Below are positions 39,870 to 48,775 of a stretch of 64,000 nt of DNA, piece after piece. Every line of letters starts with the position of its first letter. Position 1 is the stretch's first letter. The notes beneath the pieces were generated by a model. It did no database searches and was not told the origin of the DNA. It worked only from the letters and a program-made list of their open reading frames with translations. The stretch is from positions 671-64,670 of the forward strand of contig JBDGYA010000032.1 in assembly GCA_039584325.1 (NCBI GenBank), given 5' to 3'. The DNA comes from Gemmatimonadota bacterium. GTDB lineage: Bacteria; Gemmatimonadota; Gemmatimonadetes; Gemmatimonadales; GWC2-71-9. The position numbers and the translations under genes were made by a program.

Positions 39870-42800
39870 CTACGGCTGTCGCACCCGAACGGGGAACGGC
39901 GGCCGCTGGGGCGTGGGCTGCGGGTTCGCTTCCAGTTGCCGCAGGATTTCCTCGATCCCACGCTCCAGTTGCGGGTCGCGGCCGGCGATCACGTCCGCCG
40001 GCCACTGCTCGACTTCGATGTCGGGTGGAACGCCGACATTCTCGACCACGAAGCCGCCGTCCTCGACCCAAATGCCAACGTTGGGCGCGGTGATGCCACC
40101 CCCGTCGAGCAGCACCGGGAACCCCAGGATACCGACCAAGCCTCCCCAGGTCCGCTTCCCGATGAGCGTACCCAGCCCGAACTTGCGGAACATCCAGGGG
40201 AATAGGTCGCCGCCCGAGCCCGCCGTCTCGTCGATGAGCACGACTTTGGGCCCGTGGATCGCGGTCGGCATCTTGAGGTCCTCGCCGTAGCGCATCGCCC
40301 AGTGCGCAGTGTATGGCCGCCGCATGACGTCGATGTAGTAGTCCGCAGCCTGCCCGCCGCCGTTGAACCGCTCGTCGACGATCAGCGCCTCCTTGTCCGC
40401 CTGCGGGAAGAAGTAGCGCTTGAAGTAGGTGTGGCCCAGCGTCGTGGTGTTGGGCACGTAGACGTAGGCCACGCGGCCGTCGGTAGCCTCGTGCACCTTG
40501 CGGATGTTGCCCTCGACCCAGTCCCGGTTCCGCAGCGCGAACTCGCTCCGCACCGGCACAACGGTCACGGTCCGGGAGTTCGATCCACTCCGATCGGGCC
40601 CGACCGTGATCTCGACCGCCTTGCCGGCCGTGGTCTCGAAGCGGCTGTAGAGGTTTTCCGGATACCGCAGGTCAACGCCGTTCACGGCCAGCAGGTACTC
40701 ACCGGCAGCCAGGTCCACGCCCGGCTCCGTGAGTGGAGCGCGCAGCTCAGGATTCCAGTTGAGGCCGCCGTACACCTTCGCGACCCGATACCGATCGCCG
40801 TCCACCTCGTAATCAGCACCGAGCAGTCCACCCGGAATGGGCTGCGGCCGGTTCAGGAAGTCGCCGCCGCCCACGCCGTGGTGCCCGACAGCCAACTCGG
40901 AGTGCATCCACTGCAAGAGACGGTTCAAGTCCGACCGGGTGGCGAGGTGCGGCAGGAAGGGTTCGTACTTCTCCCGCATCGCCGGCCAATCGGCACCGTG
41001 CATATCGGGGTCGTAGAAGTAGTCCCGGTTGATCCGCCAGGCTTCATGGAAGATCTGCGTCCACTCCTGCCGGGGGTCGATCTTCACCTGCAGGTCGCCG
41101 GTCGAGAGCCGCCCTTTGGACGGGTCGATCTTGCCGCCGGCATCGGCGATGTGCCACGCCGAGCCGCTCCGCACCAACACCTTCTTGCCGTCGGCAGACA
41201 CCGCGAACGCGTCGGCGTCGTCGAGGAGCGTTTCCTCTTTTCGCTCCCCGAGATCGTACTTGCGGAGACTCGCGTCGCTACCGCCGGCAAAGGGGCTCCA
41301 GCTGTCGCCCCGCAGGTAGTAGAGCGTGCCCTCAGGGCCCGGCTGCAGGTTGGTGAAATACCCGTTGCCCACGGGGATCGTCACCACGCGCTGACTGATG
41401 CCGTCGAGATCGATGCGGACACTCTCGTCGTCCTCCTCCTCCTCCTCCCCCTCACTCCCCTCACTTTCGCCCTCCTCCGACTCGGCAGCGACCTCTTCGT
41501 CGCTCTCCTTCTTGAGCGGTGACTCGACCCCGGCGGCAAGCACCGCGAGGTAGAGCGTGCCCGAGACCTCCATGTCGTTGTTCGACATGGCGAACCAGTC
41601 ACGGAGCGGGCCCGCGTCGGTGGATGCGAAGAAGTAGAGGTACTTGCCGCTCGCATCGAAGACGGGCTCGTTCACGTCACCCAACCCTTCGGTGATCGCG
41701 TGCGAACGCTCGTCCTCCACCGAGTAGATGTAGACCTGTCGAAACCCGGTGCCGGTCCCGAGCGTGTAGGCGAGCCACCGCGAGTCGGGCGACCATGCCC
41801 CGCGGATCAGTTTGAACGGGCCGTACAGCGGCTCGCTGGCGACGGTGGTGCTCTGGCCGGACGCGACGTCCAGTACGTAGAGGCTCCATGCGTTGTCCGT
41901 GTAGGCGATCTTCGCGCCATCCGGAGACCAGACGGGATCCTCATAGAATCCATGGCCCTCGACCGGAATCTGCCGTACCTCGCCCTTGCCGTCGGCTGGA
42001 GCAATGTGCAGTCGGTACTCGCCACCGGCGTCGGAGAAATACGCAATCGTCTTCCCGTCCGGTGACCAGGCCGGCGAGCGCTCGTGCGAGTCGGAGCTGT
42101 GGGTGAGCTGTCGGTGGTCGCCCTTCTCGGCCGGCGCGGTGACGATCTCGCCTCGGAACTCGAAGACCGCCCGCGCCCCTGACGGCGAGATGTGGGCGTT
42201 GCGGATGAAGCGGTCGCCGGTGGCGTACCGCGGTCGCGTTTCGAGGAGATCTGCGGCCACCCCGATGGTGAGTCGTGCGGTCGTGCCGGCCGCAGGCGAC
42301 AGGACGTGGAGGTATCCCGCCTGCTCGAAGGCGATGTCCGTCCCGTCCGTCGACGCGTTGATGATCGGGAAGTCGCCGAAGTCGGTGTGCTGCTCCACGC
42401 GGCCGGTCGCGGGATCGAACGAGAAGAGGTTGAACTCGCCCGCCCGGTCGGAGCGGAAGAAGACGGTGCCGCCAACCCACATCGGATCCGTGTCATTGCT
42501 CCCATCGTCGGGCTTGGGGATCTCGACCACGGAGTGATCGTTCACGTCGTAGACCCAGATGCGCGTCTGGGTCCCGCCGCGGTAATTCTTCCACTGGTTG
42601 AACGGCTCGTACAGCGGCGTATAGGCAATATGCTGCCCGTCGGGCGCATAGCTCGCCTTGAACGCGTTTGGGATCGGCAGTTGCGTGGGGTGCCCGCCCT
42701 CCACGGAGATCGTGTAGAGCTGAGCGTACCGGTTGGAGAACGAGTTGCGCTGGGAATAGAACAGCACCGCGGTGCCATCCGGAGTGAAGTCCTGGACGAC

Positions 42801-43136
42801 GTCCGGCGCCGGGTGCCAGGTGAGGCGCTGCGGAGCTCCACCGGCCGCCGGCACGAGGAAGACGTCGGTGTTGCCATCGTACTGCCCACTGAACGCAATC
42901 CACCGACCATCCGGCGAGAACCGGGGATTGGTCTCGGTCCCCGGGTGGGTGGTGAGGCGCCGTGCATCGGAGCCGTCGCGATTGGTGATCCAGAGATCGC
43001 CGGCATAGGTGAACGCCACGTGCGAGGCGCTCACCGCTGGCTGACTGAGCATTCGGGTGTCACGAATGTCCTGCGCGAGCGTGGGCGCGGAAACGAATGC
43101 CAGAAGGCCGGTCACGAGTGCAAGCCGCTTCAACAT
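39870..43136 (-). CDS. Tricorn-like protease (S41 family), secreted
   Basis: Signal peptide, PD40 propeller repeats, NYRGG and a PDZ region; DERFNGGG, AGSGGD, GKRTWGG and VENVGVPPD motifs. Confidence 0.94.
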   Translation of the reverse strand: MLKRLALVTGLLAFVSAPTLAQDIRDTRMLSQPAVSASHVAFTYAGDLWITNRDGSDARRLTTHPGTETNPRFSPDGRWIAFSGQYDGNTDVFLVPAAGGAPQRLTWHPAPDVVQDFTPDGTAVLFYSQRNSFSNRYAQLYTISVEGGHPTQLPIPNAFKASYAPDGQHIAYTPLYEPFNQWKNYRGGTQTRIWVYDVNDHSVVEIPKPDDGSNDTDPMWVGGTVFFRSDRAGEFNLFSFDPATGRVEQHTDFGDFPIINASTDGTDIAFEQAGYLHVLSPAAGTTARLTIGVAADLLETRPRYATGDRFIRNAHISPSGARAVFEFRGEIVTAPAEKGDHRQLTHSSDSHERSPAWSPDGKTIAYFSDAGGEYRLHIAPADGKGEVRQIPVEGHGFYEDPVWSPDGAKIAYTDNAWSLYVLDVASGQSTTVASEPLYGPFKLIRGAWSPDSRWLAYTLGTGTGFRQVYIYSVEDERSHAITEGLGDVNEPVFDASGKYLYFFASTDAGPLRDWFAMSNNDMEVSGTLYLAVLAAGVESPLKKESDEEVAAESEEGESEGSEGEEEEEDDESVRIDLDGISQRVVTIPVGNGYFTNLQPGPEGTLYYLRGDSWSPFAGGSDASLRKYDLGERKEETLLDDADAFAVSADGKKVLVRSGSAWHIADAGGKIDPSKGRLSTGDLQVKIDPRQEWTQIFHEAWRINRDYFYDPDMHGADWPAMREKYEPFLPHLATRSDLNRLLQWMHSELAVGHHGVGGGDFLNRPQPIPGGLLGADYEVDGDRYRVAKVYGGLNWNPELRAPLTEPGVDLAAGEYLLAVNGVDLRYPENLYSRFETTAGKAVEITVGPDRSGSNSRTVTVVPVRSEFALRNRDWVEGNIRKVHEATDGRVAYVYVPNTTTLGHTYFKRYFFPQADKEALIVDERFNGGGQAADYYIDVMRRPYTAHWAMRYGEDLKMPTAIHGPKVVLIDETAGSGGDLFPWMFRKFGLGTLIGKRTWGGLVGILGFPVLLDGGGITAPNVGIWVEDGGFVVENVGVPPDIEVEQWPADVIAGRDPQLERGIEEILRQLEANPQPTPQRPPFPVRVRQP

Positions 43137-43378
43137 GAGAATCCCCCTGCCCTGGAATGCCGAGGACGTGTCACTGGTTGGGTGTTGGCTAAGTTTGCGC
43201 GTACGCCGGAGACTTCGCCAGGAACCGCCAAGCGCCATCCCGACCGGGACCGTCGGTTGACGCCAGCGGTGGCTCGCGTGCGGTCTGCGCGCCTGTCGCG
43301 CGGCCTTTGCGAACGGCGTCCGTACCGATACTGTACGGCTGACGCAGTGCCACAGCCTTCAACCAACCCTGACGCGCC

Positions 43379-44194
43379 GTGCCCTCGACTACTGCTCACT
43401 CTTCCTGTCGCGCCACCGTCCGGATCTGCGGCCTGTTGCTCGCATCGAGTAGCCTGGCCTGTCAGACCGGCAGCGGTCCGCGGGCCTACGACGTGATCCG
43501 CCGCCTGCCGCACGACACAGGCGCGTTCACCCAGGGTCTGGTGTATTCGGACGGCCGGCTGTTCGAGAGCACGGGCCGGCTGGGACGCTCGCAGGTCCGC
43601 GAGGTCGCGCTGGAGACGGGCCGCGTGCTCGCGGCGACCTCGCTGGCGCCGGACCGATTCGGCGAAGGCCTGGCACTGCTCGACGGGCGCCTGTACCAGC
43701 TCACCTGGAAGACCGAGGTTGCCTACATCTACGACGCGGAGACGCTGGCGCCCCTCGATTCGTTCCGGTACGACGGCGAAGGGTGGGGCCTCGCCACCGA
43801 CGGAACGTCACTCATCATGAGCAACGGCACGGCGACCCTGCGGTTCCGCGATCCCGCGACCTTCGAGGTGGTCCGCGAGCTCACGGTGCGGGATGGCAGC
43901 TCCCCGTTGACGATGGTCAACGAGCTCGAGTACGTCCGGGGTGAGCTGTTCGCCAATGTCTATCCCAGTGACTGGCTTGTACGGATCGACCCCGCCAGCG
44001 GCGAGGTCCGGGAGTGGATCGACCTGTCGGATCTCCTGCCCTCCAGCGACCGAACGCGCGACACCGACGTGCTGAACGGTATCGCGTTCGACGAGAGTAC
44101 CGGGCACCTCTTCGTCACGGGCAAGCTCTGGCCGGCGCTGTTCGAGATCCGCCTGCATTCCCCGGCATCCGACGACATCGCCGGGACGCCGTAG
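43379..44194 (+). CDS. Glutaminyl-peptide cyclotransferase (beta-propeller type), probable lipoprotein
   Basis: PHD..AFTQGL, ESTG, FGEG, QLTW, EGWG, NELEY, VLNGIA and TGKLWP motifs; lipobox-like SSLAC. Start uncertain. Confidence 0.92.
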   Translation: MPSTTAHSSCRATVRICGLLLASSSLACQTGSGPRAYDVIRRLPHDTGAFTQGLVYSDGRLFESTGRLGRSQVREVALETGRVLAATSLAPDRFGEGLALLDGRLYQLTWKTEVAYIYDAETLAPLDSFRYDGEGWGLATDGTSLIMSNGTATLRFRDPATFEVVRELTVRDGSSPLTMVNELEYVRGELFANVYPSDWLVRIDPASGEVREWIDLSDLLPSSDRTRDTDVLNGIAFDESTGHLFVTGKLWPALFEIRLHSPASDDIAGTP

Positions 44195-44486
44195 GCCCCG
44201 CACGCGGCGGTCGACCTGCTCCGCTAGCCCCACCGTTCCGCCACCCCCTTCCGTGGCTGCGCTCCGCGGTTCATATTGCCGTTTTCCGGGCCCTTGAACT
44301 CACCCCCGGGACTCGTTGACCGGACCGACGGCCCCCGCCCTCTCTGACCGACGGTGCGACAGCGCGGCAGGACAGATGCGAGACCGCTGGATGCAGATGT
44401 ACCACGGAACTCGGCGCAGCATTCGCGACCCGGCCGCACCACCAGGCTGTGCCACCATCCCCCCGCCCTCTACCACAGGAGTGCCC

Positions 44487-47400
44487 ATGCGGAACCTCCT
44501 TCGTAGGATCTTGCCGATCGCGTTCGCCGCGGGCGTGCTCACTCTCGCAACTGGACCGCTGCATGCGCAGGGCGTCACGAATGCGGCCATCAGTGGGTCC
44601 GTATCCGACGTGCAGGGTGCCGCGCTGCCCAACGCCGAGATCGTGGCGGTACACCAGCCCAGCGGCACGCGCTACCAGGCCGTCGCACGCTCAGGCGGTG
44701 CCTACAACATCCCCAACATGCGGGTCGGCGGGCCGTACACGGTGACCGTCCGCCTGCTTGGCTACACGGTGCAGGAAGAGACCAACATCTTTCTGAGTCT
44801 TGGCCAGAATCTCCGGCTGGACTTTGAGATGCCCGAACAGGCAGTACAGCTCACGGCCCTGGTGGTAACGGCGGAAGAGGACGAGATCTTGAATGCCGAC
44901 CGGACCGGAGCCGCGACATTCATCGATGCCCAGCAGGTCGCGCTGCTGCCGTCCATCAAGCGCAGCACCCGCGATCTGATCCGGACCGACCCGCGGAACG
45001 ACGGGAACTACGCGTTCGCGGGTCGAAACTGGTTGTTCAACAACATCTCCCTGGACGGGTCCTACTTCAACAACTCGTTCGGATTGGATGACCCAGCTCC
45101 GGGTGGGCAGAGCAGTGCGGAGCCCGTCCCCTTCGACGCCGTCGCGCAGGTGCAGGTGTCCGTGGCACCGTTTGACGTCCGCCAGAGCGGGTTTACCGGG
45201 GCAAACGTCAACACGGTGACGAAGAGCGGCACGAACCAGTTCCGGGGCTCCGCCTACACCTTCTTCCGCAACCAGAGCCTGCAGGGCAACTCGGTGAGCG
45301 GCGAGCGCGTCACTGCAAACCCGGACCTGTCGTTCATCCAGAGCGGCCTGAGTTTCAGCGGCCCGCTGATTCAGAATAAGCTCTTCTTCTTTGTCAACGG
45401 CGAGATCGAGCGGACGGACAATCCCGGCACGGATTTCGTTGCAGCGACTCCGGCGAACCCCTCCGGCCTCGGCATTTCCCGGGTAGACTCCACCACGATG
45501 GAGGCGATCCGGCAGCGCATGATCAGCGAGTACGACTTCGATCCCGGTGCCTTCCAAGGGTTTGTGCACGAAACCGACAATGACAAGCTGCTGGCCAAGC
45601 TGGACTGGAACATCAGCGACAACCATACGTTCTGGATCCGCTACAACTACCTGAACGCGGCTCGCGATCTTCCCCCCCACCCGTTCGTGCTGAGCTTCAA
45701 CAACAGCGGGCGGGGTCCCAACTCGAGCAGCTTGCCGTTTGGGGGCTCGGGCTACGCCATCAACAACCGGATCCACTCGGTGGCGCTGGAGCTGAACAGC
45801 CGGTCGACGTCGTTCGCCAACCGGTTTTTTGCCAGCTACAACCGGTTCCGGGATTTCCGCTTGCCCTTTGCTGCATCCGGCGGCGGAGACGACGGGCTAT
45901 TCCCGACGGTCGAGATCGGGGAGAACGGCGTCACCTACACCACCGTCGGTCAGGAACCGTTCTCCGTCCACAACATCCTCGACAGTGACGTCTGGCAGTT
46001 CACCAACAACTTCACCTACTTCGCCGGCAAGCATGCGGTGACGGTCGGCGCCAACTTCGAGTACTTCGCGTTCTTCAACTCGTTCAACATCTTCCGGCAT
46101 GGCGTGTTCTTCCTCGGGTACAACCCCACGGGCTTCGGCGGCACGACGTTCTCGTCACTCCAGGAGTTCTTCGACGCCACCGACCCGAACAACCCGGATC
46201 AGGTCGACTTCAGTTCCTTCGTGACGCCCTCGTCCTCTCCCTACAAGGGCGAGTTGATCGATATCGGCCAGATCGGCCTGTACGTCCAGGACGAGTTTTC
46301 CGTGACGGACCGCCTGAATCTCACGGCGGGCATCAGGGTCGACTTCCCGATCTACTTCACGAACCCTGTCGACAACCCGTTCTCGCGATCGCAGATCGCG
46401 CTCGACCAGAACGGTCAGCCCGAGACGGTCGACCAGTCGTCCCTGCCCGGTGCGAAGCCCCTGTTCTCACCCCGCCTCGGGTTCAACTGGGATGTCACGG
46501 GCACGCGTAGCACGCAGGTACGCGGCGGGACCGGGATCTTCACCGGCCGCGTCCCATTCGTCTGGGCCGGCAACGTGATCTCCAATCCAGGCGCCAATCC
46601 CAACCTGTGGGCACCGTTCACCAACGAGGACGTGGAGCAGATCCCGACGAGGAAGGGATCGATCCTGCAGCAGTCATTCGACCTCAATGGGATGATCTCG
46701 GACTTCAAGTGGCCGCAGATCTGGACCACGGACATCGCGATCGACCAGCAGCTGCCGGGGGGGTTTTTGGGGACGATCGAGTTCCTGTACGGGAAGGACC
46801 TCCACGCGATCTTCATGCGGAACGCGGACCTGGTACCACCGGAGCGGACGCTCCCCGATGGCAGACCGTTCTACGGCGGGTTCGGCAACAACGAGCTCAA
46901 TCCGGACGGCGGTGCCGGCATCTACGTCATCGACAACACGTCCGAGGGATACAACTACAATATCACCGCCCAGCTGCGCAAGCTGTTCGCCTTCGGGCTG
47001 AATATGCAGCTCTCGTACAGCTTCACCGAAGCCAAGAACAACCTGAAGTCGACCGAGATCGCAAGCGTGCTGTGGCAGAACCAGCCGGTCCAGGGCGATC
47101 CCAACAACCCGCTGCTCGCCCGTTCGGAGTTCGGGCAGCGCCACCGGATCGTGGGCAGTGCCACCTATGCCAAGGACTGGTCGCCAAGCCTGCGCACCCA
47201 GATCGGCGTGTTTCTCGAGATCGGCCAGGGCAATCGGTTCTCCGGCGCCGGTGGCAACCGCTACTCGTTCATTTATGCCGGCGACGTCAATGGCGATGGG
47301 CAGGGCGGCAATGACCTGATCTACATCCCGGCCAGCCAGAGCGAGATCATCCTCGACGACATCGAGGATGGAAGCGGGAACGTGGTGAAGACGGCCGACC

Positions 47401-47792
47401 AACAGTGGAACGAGCTGAATGCGTTCATCGAGCAGGACAAGTACCTCAGCGCCAACCGTGGGAGGATCGCGGAGCGGTTCGGTGCCCTGAACCCGACGTA
47501 CCACACGCTCGACCTGCGCCTGCTGCAGGATTTCGCGTTCTACGCCGGGGGAGCGCGCCAGACGTTCCAGCTGAGCATCGACGTGCTCAACTTCACGAAC
47601 CTGCTCAGCTCGAGTTGGGGCGTGCGCAAGGTCGCGAGCCCCGCGGCCACGTCGCCGCTGACGCTGACGCAGTTTGACGCTAGCGGCGCACCACATTTCA
47701 ACTTTACGGGTCCGGCAGAGACCTACGTCGACGATCCGGGCCTGCTGTCCCGCTGGCAGATCCAGTTGGGCCTGCGGTACATGTTCAACTAG
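44487..47792 (+). CDS. TonB-dependent receptor (Oar-like, N-terminal carboxypeptidase-regulatory-like domain)
   Basis: Signal peptide; RVGGPY, NISLDG..FNNSFGL, PFDVRQSGFTG..VNTVTKSGTN and SPRLGFNWD motifs; terminal QLGLRYMFN. Confidence 0.92.
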   Translation: MRNLLRRILPIAFAAGVLTLATGPLHAQGVTNAAISGSVSDVQGAALPNAEIVAVHQPSGTRYQAVARSGGAYNIPNMRVGGPYTVTVRLLGYTVQEETNIFLSLGQNLRLDFEMPEQAVQLTALVVTAEEDEILNADRTGAATFIDAQQVALLPSIKRSTRDLIRTDPRNDGNYAFAGRNWLFNNISLDGSYFNNSFGLDDPAPGGQSSAEPVPFDAVAQVQVSVAPFDVRQSGFTGANVNTVTKSGTNQFRGSAYTFFRNQSLQGNSVSGERVTANPDLSFIQSGLSFSGPLIQNKLFFFVNGEIERTDNPGTDFVAATPANPSGLGISRVDSTTMEAIRQRMISEYDFDPGAFQGFVHETDNDKLLAKLDWNISDNHTFWIRYNYLNAARDLPPHPFVLSFNNSGRGPNSSSLPFGGSGYAINNRIHSVALELNSRSTSFANRFFASYNRFRDFRLPFAASGGGDDGLFPTVEIGENGVTYTTVGQEPFSVHNILDSDVWQFTNNFTYFAGKHAVTVGANFEYFAFFNSFNIFRHGVFFLGYNPTGFGGTTFSSLQEFFDATDPNNPDQVDFSSFVTPSSSPYKGELIDIGQIGLYVQDEFSVTDRLNLTAGIRVDFPIYFTNPVDNPFSRSQIALDQNGQPETVDQSSLPGAKPLFSPRLGFNWDVTGTRSTQVRGGTGIFTGRVPFVWAGNVISNPGANPNLWAPFTNEDVEQIPTRKGSILQQSFDLNGMISDFKWPQIWTTDIAIDQQLPGGFLGTIEFLYGKDLHAIFMRNADLVPPERTLPDGRPFYGGFGNNELNPDGGAGIYVIDNTSEGYNYNITAQLRKLFAFGLNMQLSYSFTEAKNNLKSTEIASVLWQNQPVQGDPNNPLLARSEFGQRHRIVGSATYAKDWSPSLRTQIGVFLEIGQGNRFSGAGGNRYSFIYAGDVNGDGQGGNDLIYIPASQSEIILDDIEDGSGNVVKTADQQWNELNAFIEQDKYLSANRGRIAERFGALNPTYHTLDLRLLQDFAFYAGGARQTFQLSIDVLNFTNLLSSSWGVRKVASPAATSPLTLTQFDASGAPHFNFTGPAETYVDDPGLLSRWQIQLGLRYMFN

Positions 47793-47810
47793 CTCAACCC
47801 AACGCCACGA

Positions 47811-47838
47811 GGGCCGAGGAGCAGTCGCTCCTCGGCCC
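47811..47838 (+). terminator. Perfect 12-bp hairpin after the TonB receptor gene
   Basis: GGGCCGAGGAGC-AGTC-GCTCCTCGGCCC; weak U-tract. Confidence 0.6.
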
Positions 47839-47924
47839 AGTTCGTTGTGGCGCGGCCGGCTGGTTCTCGCCGCAATGCGTCGCCTACAATGCGCCGTCTC
47901 CACGACTCCGATCGTGACAAGGCC

Positions 47925-48665
47925 ATGGCTGCACAGCCCTTAACCGCAATCATCTGGGATTTCGACGGTACCCTGGTCGACACTCGCCGGCGGAACTACA
48001 GCGTGGTTCGGCGGCTCATGGCAGACGTCACCGGGGCACCTGCCGACCGGATCCCCGCCCTGCAATCCCTCGAGCACTACGACCGAGTCAATCGGCGGTA
48101 CGTGAACTGGCGTGACTTGTACCGGCGCGAGTTCGGCTTCTCCGAAGGCGAGACGGATCGCGTTGGCCTGCTGTGGAGTGACTACCAGCTGAGTGACGAC
48201 ACGCCGGCCGAGCCGTTCGACGGCATCCTCCAGGTCCTCGGCGCGCTCGGGGAGATCCCGCACGGGATCGTCTCCCAGAACGCCCGCGGGCAGATCGAGC
48301 GGGCGCTCAACCAGGCGGCGATCACCCAATACTTTGGGTTTGTCATTGGGTATGACGGGGTGCCGTTAGACCGCCAGAAACCGGCACCTGACGGCCTGCT
48401 CGTGTGTATCGAGGAACTCACGGGCATGCAACAAGGGCGTGTGCTCTATATCGGCGACCATGAGACCGACGTTCGGTGCGCGCACAATGCGCACCGCGCG
48501 CTGGAGAACCACAACGTGCCAATTGCCGTGGAGAGCGTGGCGGCGTCCTTCGTGGATCCGGATGAGCCCCTTCACTGGACCGCACAGCCCGACCACATCG
48601 CCCGCACACCGCACGACCTGATCGCCATCGCTCTGACCGCCGGCAAGGGGAACGACGCAGGCTAG
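47925..48665 (+). CDS. HAD-family hydrolase
   Basis: WDFDGTLVDT, GIVS, QKPAPD and YIGDHETD motifs. Confidence 0.9.
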   Translation: MAAQPLTAIIWDFDGTLVDTRRRNYSVVRRLMADVTGAPADRIPALQSLEHYDRVNRRYVNWRDLYRREFGFSEGETDRVGLLWSDYQLSDDTPAEPFDGILQVLGALGEIPHGIVSQNARGQIERALNQAAITQYFGFVIGYDGVPLDRQKPAPDGLLVCIEELTGMQQGRVLYIGDHETDVRCAHNAHRALENHNVPIAVESVAASFVDPDEPLHWTAQPDHIARTPHDLIAIALTAGKGNDAG

Positions 48666-48740
48666 TGCTCGATGCGCGCGCCTCGGCTCGACGGCACGCC
48701 GTTCCCGCCTCATGAATCGCGTTCGCCCAAATTCGGGGGC

Positions 48741-48770
48741 TTGTCAGCACAGCGGCCGAGACCGTATCCT
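48741..48770 (+). promoter_or_regulatory. Putative sigma70 promoter giving a leaderless xdh transcript
   Basis: TTGTCA-N18-TATCCT, with ATG 5 nt downstream and no SD. Confidence 0.5.
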
Positions 48771-48775
48771 CGGCT

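Noticed and set aside
41425-41515. (TCC)n low-complexity tract
   Set aside because: It encodes the in-frame acidic linker of the tricorn protease and is not an independent repeat element.
44195-44486. Cobalamin or TPP riboswitch ahead of the TonB receptor
   Set aside because: No B12-box or TPP (CUGAGA...) core motifs were found by eye.
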